This document shows, one piece after another, positions 53,601-64,000 of a DNA stretch of 64,000 nt (positions are counted from its first letter, which is position 1; each line of letters opens with the position of its first letter). Position numbers and translations under genes: made by a program. The notes beneath the pieces are model-generated. The model was not told the origin of the DNA, searched no databases, and saw only the letters and a list, made by a program, of their open reading frames with translations. The stretch is from the NCBI GenBank assembly GCA_016748015.1, contig JAAOMT010000627.1, forward strand, positions 435,386-499,385. The letters are read 5' to 3'. The DNA is from Geosiphon pyriformis uo1 (lineage: Eukaryota; Fungi; Glomeromycota).

Positions 53601-56600
53601 GATACTTGGACTGATGACAATGACCACCACGAGCTAACACCAATACTATCATGGGACAACAACTCCAAGGGAAAGCAAAGAGAGGAATTTATTTGGGAAA
53701 TGGACGACCTGACCTAAACCGACAACAATGAAAGAGAACCAACACCAAGCTGAGAAGGGGAAGAAAGCAACAAAGGGAAAAGAAAAGTGAAAAAAGAAGA
53801 GCCACTGCCAACAAACCCGTATACCTCCTGTCAACACACAACACCACAACAATTCACCTATTGCCGACCCAAACTAGTGTGCATCAATTGTGGCAAAAAA
53901 TTGTTGTCAATGAGCGCATGCTGTGGCAACGACGAAGAGTATCAGACAGCAACCAAGTTTTATTGCTGCACATGTCTTGTCAAACACTTTGGAAGACCAA
54001 AATGAGTGGGAAAATAAGATAATACATTATGTTTAGCCTGTGGAGAAACTCTCCTCAATGAAGAAATGTGAAATGACATTCCTGGAAAAAGAGGAATGTG
54101 CGATGTTTTCTGCCAATACACAATCCTCATCAGCAATTGGATCAAGAAAGGAACACCAATAGAAGCTGCTTAGAGAAGAGCTGTACAGTGATTGGACAGC
54201 TGTCCACACAACAATAATGAATTATGGCAAATGGCAATCACCAAAATTGAAGGTGTGTCATCAGAAGAAATCAAGACAATTAAAAACAACCCATCAAAAC
54301 CCATCGAGCTTGACTGGGACACAGAGCCAGTCATAAATTTTCTGGAACCAAAAAAGTTCTATGAATACTACCAAAACTTGACACCCATTAGAGAGGAGCA
54401 AGAATAATGGCTAGCACAGTTGAATACAAGACTGTGTTATCATTGTTTAATTCTCAGTGACTTTGAATATTGTAACAATTGTGATCTCATTTACAATCCA
54501 CCACCATGCATGATCTACACAATTCCCAAAGAGGAAGAACCAATCAGCAGATGCGCATCGAAATCGGAATCACCATTCAATCCCAATTTAAACTCTGACA
54601 ATGACGACAATGAGAATAACAGTTCCAGTTCCATTCAAAATGACAATAACAATGACAATGATATTAACTCAGATTCAAATTCTAACTTAAACTATGAACA
54701 ATATATCGCGCTTCCTGACCTCACCAAAAAACAAGAGCTGAAATGGTTCAGCAATAATAATAAAAATATTATGCCAGAATGTGTGCATGATATTGATGCC
54801 AAATTTGACTTGAGGTATCCAGGAAAAGATGCCATCAAACTAGAACCACATTTGTGCACCTGCATTGATCTAAAAATAGTACTGGAAATCTCAGCAACAA
54901 CAATGGTTCAATTAGTATCCTAGAGTAGTTTAGCAAAAAGAGAGATTAATATAAAAGGAGGAATAATTGACACAGGATATGTAAGAAATATTATTGCCAT
55001 GCTACAAAATGACTCAGAAAAGGCCTATATAATAGAGCCAAACAAAAAAATAGCACAAGCAATATTTTTACCTTTGGTCAAGATAGCTCAGTTAGTACCA
55101 GTAGGAAATAGGGAAGAGTTAGGAATAACAGCAAGAGGGATACAAGAATTTGAGTTAACAGGTAAAATAGATGTATTAGTTAATATAGTGAAGAAAGAAA
55201 TTGTTGGCCAAGGAGAAATTATCTCAACTGGTCAAGCTATTTGTATTCCACCATATAGCCAGTACATGCTAGCAATAGAAAGGAAAAAAAAGGAACAAGA
55301 ACAGATTTTTGAGGCTGAAGCAAACCTTTGTAAATTAAAAGAGATTGGGCTGATCAATCTCTACATACTAGCCAAAAGCTATAGCTGCATAAAAATCCCC
55401 ATCTACAACAACACTGGCAATATCATCAACATACCAGAAAGAACCACCATCGGATATTTAACCACAGAAATAGAAGACCAAACCCCAAACCCCATTTCAA
55501 ACTTTCTACAACTTTGTGGATATGTCGATATCACATCACAAACAATCTATGGACAAAACAAATGTTATTTGCTCCAACCAGACCAATTAGAACAAATGAA
55601 CATGAGAAATCTGGACCCACTACAACATATGCAGCTCAAGATATTACTCAACAATTTTAATGACATTTTTGCCAGCGAAAATGAATTTGGTAGAACTGAC
55701 ATCATTCAACATCAAATTAAGACTGGAGATGCAATGCCAATCAAACAGCGAACATACAGGGTACCACCAGCCAGTCATGAAATCATTCATCAAGAGATCA
55801 ATCAAATGCTTGACAATGGGCTAATCCAGCTGTCTATGAGTCTATGGTCATCACCAGTAGTACTCATCCAGAAAAAAAATGGGAAAATCCGCTTTTGTGT
55901 GGATTATAGAAAACTCAATGGAGTAACTCATAGAGATAATTACCTCATTCCACAAATCCAAGAATTATTCGATGCTTTCGGTGAAAACAAATGGTTTTCA
56001 ACATTAGACCTGGACAGTAGTTACTGGCAAGTAGCCATGGATTCAGCCGACAAAGAAAAGACAGCATTTATCACTAAAAAAGGGAATTTTGAATTTAAAG
56101 TAATGCTATTTGGCTTAACCAACACACCAGCCACTTTCCAATGGTTAATGGAAATTGTTTATACTGGCTTATTATGAAAATCAGTAGTTGTATACTTGGA
56201 CAACACCAATGTATTCTTAAAAACATTTGATGATTATTTTCATCATCTTCAACAAGTGTTCGAAAGATTAAGAAGAGCAGAACTAAAGTTAAATGCAACA
56301 AAGTGTTTTTTTGACAAGACAGAACTAAAATTCTTGGGACACATAGTTAGCAAAGATGGCATCAAAACGGATCCAGAGAAAATAGAGATAGTAAAGAACT
56401 TTCCAGTGCTGACCAATATGACAGAACTGAAATCATTCTTGAGATTTGTCAGCTATTATCAATGTTTTATCAAGAACTTTTTCAAGATAGCACAGCCACT
56501 CAACCAACTGCAAACCAAGAATACAAAATATGAATAGACAGAAAGTCAGCAAGAAGCTTTTGATATTCTGAAAAGAAAGCTCATTCAAGCTCCAGTACTG

Positions 56601-56996
56601 ATCTATCCAGATCACAGCAAACCATTCATCATCACCACCGATGCATCCAGCCAAGTATTGGGAGTAGTACTATCTCAGAGAGGACCAGATGACAGAGAAC
56701 ATTCAGTAGCATAAGCCAGCAGAGGTTTAATACCAGCCAAAAAGAACTATAGAACACTAGAACAAGAACACTTAGCAATATACTGGGCAGTCATAAAATA
56801 GAAAGAATACTTGAGCCAGAAGTTTGAAGTATACACAGATCACAAAGGACTAACATCACTTCAAAAACAAGAATTTGGAGATGGAAGACAGTCAAAATAG
56901 AAAATGATACTTGTACCATATAATTATACTATACATTATAAAAAGGGAAAAGACAACGGAAATGCTGACAGTTTGTTGTGAATAAGACAAATTTAA
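50601..56996 (+). pseudogene. Element D single-frame gag-PR-Cys-rich-dUTPase-RT-RNase H polyprotein (about 2130 codons, many nonsense changes)
   Basis: ORF pieces starting at 50688, 51741, 53295, 53787, 54192, 54420, 54999 and 56196 all share one frame. Motifs: CYNCGKQEHIKTNC, LDSGS at 53082, dUTPase motifs, YLDN, TDASSQVLG. It ends NADSLL*IRQI* at 56996. Confidence 0.9.
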
Positions 56997-57059
56997 GAAC
57001 ATTTCAACCCAAAAATATAACAAAACCAGAACAATACCAATGAAAAATATAACAAAAAG

Positions 57060-58441
57060 ATAAACATACAAAAATATCAACAACTACAACATTATATAAA
57101 CACTCAACAGTTCAAGGGAATTTATCTCAAATGGAACAAAAGAGTATTGAACAACAATCAAAATATTTTATTATTCACCAAAATATACTTTATTGGAAAA
57201 ATAGAAGAGATCTAGAGCAACCAACCAGAGTAATTACAGAACTAGAAAAAGAGACAATATTATTCAACATGTACTCAAATCCAACAGCAGGATACTTTTA
57301 CAAAGAAGCAACCATGGAAAGAACCAGAAAAAAATACTATTGGCCATCAATGTATCCAGACATCATCCAATATGTTCAAAATTGTGATGCTTGTCAGTGA
57401 AAAGGAGGTATGAAATCCAGTAAACCATTAAGACCAATTAAAGTGGGACAACCATTTGACTATATTGGAATTGATTTAGTTGGACCATTAACAATCACCA
57501 ACAGAGGAAACAGGTACATAGCAGTAGCCATAGACTATCTCACTAAATGGCCAGAGGCGAAAGCAATTCAAAGAGCAGATGCAGAATCCGTTGCCAAATT
57601 TGTTTATTAAGATTTAATTTGTCGACATAGATGTCCAAAGGAATTATTATTAGACCAAAGAATTCATTTTGTGAACAAAACATTAACAGAATTGAGCCAA
57701 AGATTTGGAATTAAGAGACCACTATCATCACCATATCATTCACAAACCAATGGATTAGTCAAAAGATTCAACAGAACATTGTGTAAAGCAATAGCTAAGC
57801 TCAGCCAAAAAAACCAGAATGATTGGGATTTGTTGATACCATCAGTACTATTTGCTTATCAGACAATGAAGCAAGATACCACACAAGCAACACTATTTGA
57901 ATTAGTATATAGTAGAACAGCAACACTACTAGTGGAAATAGAAGTCAGCACATACCCAACTGAACCAATAACAAAAGAAAATTTCAAAAACACATTGTTG
58001 AGAAAAACATATAACTTAATAGAAACATTAGAAAATAAACAAAGAAGAGCAGCTAATAACATACAAAGATCACAAGAGAAACAAAAAGAAAGACATGATA
58101 ACCAACTACCAGATAAACCAGTTGAATTCAAGATTGAAGACAAAGTATTACTACATTATACCAAAGTAGAAAAACAATAGAGTGGAAAATTCGACCCTAA
58201 ATGGGACAGACCATTTCACATAAAAAAAATTCTAGGAAATAGAGCTTACAAATTAAGATTGAATAACAAAATCTTGACCAAAGCAGCACATGGAGATCGA
58301 CTGAAACCATACCACCATATAGTATTATCATCCACCAGTAATATTTCACAATTAAGAGTACAGAGAATACTAGTTTAACCAGATAAGATTCCATGAGATC
58401 TGGAACCAATCATTATCATTGACAACAACACATTCAATTGA
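57060..58441 (+). pseudogene. Element D integrase as a stand-alone ORF
   Basis: Inferred start ATA at 57060 and a 1-nt deletion near 57120. Motifs: CDAC, IGIDLVGPL, LLLDQRIHF, NGLVKRFN, KWDRPF. Confidence 0.8.
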
Positions 58442-58464
58442 TCGACAAAAGAATATATAAGAAC

Positions 58465-59124
58465 ATGGTCGACGCAACAGAAGAGATCAGAAAAATAGAA
58501 ATTACAGACAATATCTATTCACTAGCCCAATAAATTTTTCAATTAATACAACACTAGGAGATAGAAATTACAATCAATCAACAAACCATTTGTTACAAAA
58601 ATACGGCAAAGATACCACAAAACAAAACACAGAAAAAACTTAAAAATGTTGTTGACAAGATCATAACCAAGATAAAATTGGCCATAAAAGAACAACAAAT
58701 AGTCAGATTACACCAAAAACTTACCAGAGAAACTTGGACTTGGTGGACGCAACAATTTCCAAAAAACTATTGTCATTTTCACTTGGAACAACATGTAAAT
58801 ATCCAGAATTTGTACACCGATAAAACAAAATAGTTATTTGACACAACAATACTGAGACAACTGGAACAATTTGTGGGAAAGAACAATCTAACCACACAAG
58901 CTCAAGCTATTTACCAGCTATATATGAGATTTCAAGACTGACCAGAAATCTTACTCAACACAGCAATGGATACAGTTACAAGTAATCAATTAGGAAAAAT
59001 GACCAATGCTCAATTTGAAGAACTACAAACTAAAATAACACAAGTAATACTCGAAAAAGAAGTTCAAGAAATAATTCAAGAAGAAGAATTAAAGGAATTA
59101 GATTTTGATGGAGCTCAATATTAA
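58465..59124 (+). pseudogene. Element D ORF3 (about 210-219 aa, unknown function)
   Basis: Single frame: (I/M)EITDNIYSLAQ...FPKNYCHFHLEQHVNIQ...FVGKNNLTTQAQAIYQL...DFDGAQY*. The start aligned with A is 58495; an in-frame ATG is at 58465. Confidence 0.8.
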
Positions 59125-59137
59125 AAAAAGAGAATAA

Positions 59138-59990
59138 TATTACTTATAGAATATTGGAAATATAGTATTATTAGTCAGTAGATATTAGCCAATCAGATGT
59201 AAACATAGTAAATGTGGAATTCCAAGATTCTTCTCAAAGGAATTGCAGGATTCCAGGAATTTCAGGATTCTCCAACAAAGAATCACAGAATTTCAGAATT
59301 CCAAGATTCCTCTCATCAGGAATTACAGAATTCTAAGAATTCCAGGATTTCTGTCACAAGAAATTGAGGAATTGAAGAATCTCAGATATGTATATATAGC
59401 AGTAGTATTAGAAACAGAAAAGACAAAATGGACACCAAGAGTTCTTAGCTTAGTTATCACAATCTTCAAATAAATAATTATTCACTATATCAAATTCACT
59501 TTTCACTATCAACACTTCATGTTGATAGTAATTGATACTTAACCACACTAGAACAATAGCTCTTGATCATGGCTATTGACGGGATACTAACTTGCAAATC
59601 ACCTTGGCTTATTTCCTTATATTTCTTTATTTTCTTTATGTTTCTTTGATTTCGCTATCGTGCACTAACCAATTGATTCAAAGTGCTAATTACTGATGTC
59701 AAAAATTACCTGGTAAAAGACCCCTGCGAGTGGGTAGAACACATACAAAAGATATAGATTACTTACTAGAGGATTGCCGGCCACTAAGCTAAGAAAAAAA
59801 TTGACAGACTTGCGAGTTTGAGAAGTTACGGATAATCAACTATTGAATTTCTGTTCATTATACAAAGGACTCATTTGAAAAACCTTCAGATACCAACTAC
59901 TTAAAAATATTATCCACAATGCAAATAGCTTTTAAGCACTAAGTTACAGGTTTAGTATTTACTCAACATCCCAAAAACACACCTGTAACA
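59138..59990 (+). repeat. 3' LTR of element D
   Basis: Direct repeat of 49731-50583, followed by TSD ACAT. Confidence 0.95.
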
Positions 59991-60211
59991 ACATCTATGC
60001 TAACAAATACATTACCACTGTTACCAGCAGAATTTTAGCTATTAATTAGCATGAAATTACCCTTATAATTTCTATAATTCATTAGTATATTAATATCATT
60101 TCAAATTATCATTTATTATTTAATCAATTATCACATATCATGATTTAATTAAAATAATCTAATTAGTATAACAGAAAATAAGATGATCAAATTACACAAT
60201 ATCCTGAACTT

Positions 60212-60623
60212 TGTAACATTTAAAAATTCACCGAAATTTACAGAAATTTGCTGAAATTTATAAGAAATTCGCCGAAATTATGAATAGTTCACCCAAATTA
60301 ATCAATAGTTCAAAATAACTTATAGTTCATCAAAATGTATCTTTAGTTTGCCAGAATTTGGGCAAAGAGAAAAAGTGCAAGTTTATAAACTAGTACTACA
60401 ACAAGTTGTATAAAAGAAGAGCTTTTCTCTTCTGAAAAATGTATCTTACTTTAGATTTATCTCTTAAAGACTGTTCTTATACACAGAAAAAGAAATAAAA
60501 TATCAAATAATTTGAAAAACCAAATTCTTTAATTATTGTACTTGGAAAAACCCCCAAAAACCCAACTAACATTTCGAAATTGATTAGCTACCAATTTCAG
60601 TAAACTGTTAGTGACTCCAGGCC
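60212..60623 (+). repeat. Possible LTR/leader of element E
   Basis: TG start, short CCGAAATT-type repeats, TATAAAA near 60409 and a PBS-like TAGTGACTCCAGG just before the gap. No second copy is present in the window. Confidence 0.3.
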
Positions 60624-61598
60624 NNNNNNNNNNNNNNNNNNNNNNNNNNNNNNNNNNNNNNNNNNNNNNNNNNNNNNNNNNNNNNNNNNNNNNNNNNNNN
60701 NNNNNNNNNNNNNNNNNNNNNNNNNNNNNNNNNNNNNNNNNNNNNNNNNNNNNNNNNNNNNNNNNNNNNNNNNNNNNNNNNNNNNNNNNNNNNNNNNNNN
60801 NNNNNNNNNNNNNNNNNNNNNNNNNNNNNNNNNNNNNNNNNNNNNNNNNNNNNNNNNNNNNNNNNNNNNNNNNNNNNNNNNNNNNNNNNNNNNNNNNNNN
60901 NNNNNNNNNNNNNNNNNNNNNNNNNNNNNNNNNNNNNNNNNNNNNNNNNNNNNNNNNNNNNNNNNNNNNNNNNNNNNNNNNNNNNNNNNNNNNNNNNNNN
61001 NNNNNNNNNNNNNNNNNNNNNNNNNNNNNNNNNNNNNNNNNNNNNNNNNNNNNNNNNNNNNNNNNNNNNNNNNNNNNNNNNNNNNNNNNNNNNNNNNNNN
61101 NNNNNNNNNNNNNNNNNNNNNNNNNNNNNNNNNNNNNNNNNNNNNNNNNNNNNNNNNNNNNNNNNNNNNNNNNNNNNNNNNNNNNNNNNNNNNNNNNNNN
61201 NNNNNNNNNNNNNNNNNNNNNNNNNNNNNNNNNNNNNNNNNNNNNNNNNNNNNNNNNNNNNNNNNNNNNNNNNNNNNNNNNNNNNNNNNNNNNNNNNNNN
61301 NNNNNNNNNNNNNNNNNNNNNNNNNNNNNNNNNNNNNNNNNNNNNNNNNNNNNNNNNNNNNNNNNNNNNNNNNNNNNNNNNNNNNNNNNNNNNNNNNNNN
61401 NNNNNNNNNNNNNNNNNNNNNNNNNNNNNNNNNNNNNNNNNNNNNNNNNNNNNNNNNNNNNNNNNNNNNNNNNNNNNNNNNNNNNNNNNNNNNNNNNNNN
61501 NNNNNNNNNNNNNNNNNNNNNNNNNNNNNNNNNNNNNNNNNNNNNNNNNNNNNNNNNNNNNNNNNNNNNNNNNNNNNNNNNNNNNNNNNNNNNNNNNN
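60624..61598. other. Assembly gap (N run)
   Basis: 975 consecutive N. Confidence 1.
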
Positions 61599-64000
61599 TT
61601 TATAGCAGGGTTAAAAGACAAACTGATTAAGAAAGTCTGTCCACATGCTTCAGCAGACTTAGCAACTGCTATTAGACATGCAAAGAGCTATGAAATGGCA
61701 ATGGAAGAAGCAAATCACACCAAGCTTGTAAATCTTGCAATTGGAAAAACCAGCTCAGCAGCTGAAAAGAAGATAGACCAACTCACAAAAAAAGTTGAAA
61801 GCTACTTCACAAACCAACAACAACAGCAACAACAACCACAAAGATATCAACCCTCACAACGATGTAACCAAAACAATTTTGGATCATCATCCAACAACCA
61901 ATCTCAAACTTGTCATTATTGTGGAATTTTAGGGCACTGGAAATGAGATTGTAAGAAATTACAAAGAGACCAACAAAACAGGAGTAATCAACATTACTCT
62001 TCACCACAACAATCCTATTATCAATCTTTACCACCAACTTATTATTTACCAAGACCACAAAATCAAAACAGTTACTATCCACCAGCTCCACAATCAATGC
62101 AGCAACAATATCAGCAATCTTTACCAATTCAGCCATATCAGACACCACCCACTCAACAATATCAAGTACCAGCAAGAAGATTGGTTCTACATAACCAATC
62201 CACACCCCAAAATCAATTGCAGAATAACCACAACAGAATCAATTCAAATAACCAGTTGGTTCCCCGAAATTTGGGTCAGCAAAGACCCAATCACTATTAC
62301 ACTCAACCCAGTTATCTTACAATACCAGAGGAATCAGATTTTCAACAAACTGCACTTTTTGAAGATGAAGTTGCAGTGCTAAGATCAAACTCTTCCAACC
62401 ACACCATTCCACCAGCTCAAATTGCCAAAATGCTAATCTGTCAGATATATTTCCATTTGAATTTGAAGCAAATGAATCACCATTTCTGCTTAGTAATGCA
62501 GCAATCAATGAACAGAAAGCAATTACTGCCATGTACACAGAAGCTACAGTAGAAGGAAAACCCATTCGCTCAATTTTAAATAGTAGATTAGCTGGAAGTA
62601 TTATTACTTACCAGCTGATGCAACAACTCAAACAAAACGTAGACAGACCAGTTCAAACAGTTATTGTCACAGCTGATGGTATGAAAAAGACTCCAGTAGG
62701 AGAAATTGATGATTTCCCTTTTTCAATTAATAGAATTACCATTCCAGTTAAAGTTTTTGTTATGGATGCACCCCAATACTAAACTCTAGTCAGAAATAAT
62801 TGGCTTCTCAAGGCCAATGCAAACCTGAACTGGGAAACTCAAGAACTTAAAATCTTATATCAAGGACAATATACCATAGTACTTGTAACCTGTGGTATCT
62901 TTAACAAACAATCAGAAAAAGTTCCAGTATTTGAATTTGAAGAAGAGAAAGAAATGCTACTTACTGAAACCTACATGGCTCTTGGATCAACATCCAATTG
63001 GGCTGAAGAAACTGAACAAGAGATTTTCAAAGAATCAAGGGGATGGAAGAAAGTTAGATATTCTACACCAGAACCACAGAAACAACCACTCTATATTCCA
63101 CTCAAATGCAAAGAATGCAACAAAAAACTTTCATCAATGGGAGCATGTATTTCTTCAGAAGAGGAATATGAAACTCGTACCTATTACTTTTGCAAAGCAT
63201 GCCATAGAGAACGATTTGGATCTCCAAAAAGAAGTGGAAAATGGGACAACACACCTTGCCTTACATGTGGAGAAATACTACCAGAAGAATGCAATTGGAT
63301 TGATGTAGCAATGAGAGGAGGAGTATGTGATCAAACCTGTCAATATGCTCTATCAATTTCGGAAAAAGTCAGAAGAGGGACACCATTTGATGCAGCATAC
63401 AACAGTGCTCTCAATAAACTTTACTACTACCCTCATGATGCTGAAATGATTTTTGATCTAGCAATGGCATTAATCAATGGAGCCACTCAAAAAGACGTCC
63501 ACCAAATGAAAGAAGCTGAATATATTGAGTACACCATGGAATTAGCTGGATTTGATTATGAAGATGAAGTAGAAACCTACCACCAAATTGCAAGCCACAC
63601 ATATCCGACCAAAGAAGCTCAAATTCAATGATTAGAGCAAATGAACATTCAATTGTGTGAAGAATGTGTTATGTCTTGTAATGACCAATGGTGTTTAGAA
63701 TGTTATGCTCTTAGCATTCCTCTGCCAGATGAGAATGATGAAAATGAAATCGAATTTGGAGTATCTGAACAAGTAGAAGAACTACCAACCACTCCCATCT
63801 ATCTTCTTGAAAAGCAACCACCTCTACAACTTAAATATTTTGACAACCATGGCCAAGGAATCAGACCAGAAAAAGCACACGAAATTGATGCTGAATATGA
63901 CTTGAGATACCCAGGAAAAGATACTTTGATTCTCCAACCAAAGTCTTTGACAAAAATCAATATAAAAATTGCTCTTGAAATTCCACCAGGAGCAATGGTT
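61599..64000 (+). mobile_element. Element E (partial): gag C-terminus, CCHC, protease, Cys-rich domain and start of dUTPase from a fourth subfamily
   Basis: CHYCGILGHWK*DC, MYTEATVEGKPIRSILNSR, Cys-rich ORF 62954-63631 and DAEYDLRYP near 63890. It runs off the end of the window. Confidence 0.9.

Larger units (their letters stand above)
49731..59990 (+). mobile_element. Element D: full-length, un-nested (10260 bp) Ty3/Gypsy-type LTR retrotransposon with dUTPase
   Basis: 853-bp LTRs at 49731-50583 and 59138-59990, TSD ACAT at 49727-49730 and 59991-59994, PBS at 50586-50602, PPT at 59125-59137. Confidence 0.95.

Noticed and set aside
60608-61630. 337-aa and 339-aa ORFs in the ORF track
   Set aside because: They are artefacts of the N gap.

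Overview
A repeat-dominated, very AT-rich eukaryotic window. The intron-rich fungal genes and the style of the repeats suggest a Glomeromycotina-like genome; the retroelement proteins recall Geosiphon pyriformis hypothetical proteins, from memory and not verified. Three intact host genes lie in two islands that retain CpG: a UBL3-like membrane-anchored ubiquitin-fold gene (34664-35424 +), a PIH1-domain gene (35998-37293 -) and PalA/Rim20 (44120-47672 +). The rest is decayed LINEs with RNase H plus one lineage of Ty3/Gypsy-type LTR retrotransposons. There are three full-length copies: A (9830-29502 +), B (13439-23029 -, nested in the protease of A) and D (49731-59990 +). There is also a partial copy E after an assembly gap and a solo-like LTR. 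Element A is inserted in the ORF2 of a LINE. The main result is the shared, unusual layout of A, B and D: LTR - [Gag with an extra N-terminal domain / PR / large multi-CxxC domain / full dUTPase / dUTPase-like remnant / RT / RNase H] STOP - [integrase as a separate ORF] - [about 215-aa soluble, non-Env ORF3 behind a TATA-like box, ending at the PPT] - LTR, with 4-bp RCAY target-site duplications. All repeats show heavy C>T / G>A transition decay.
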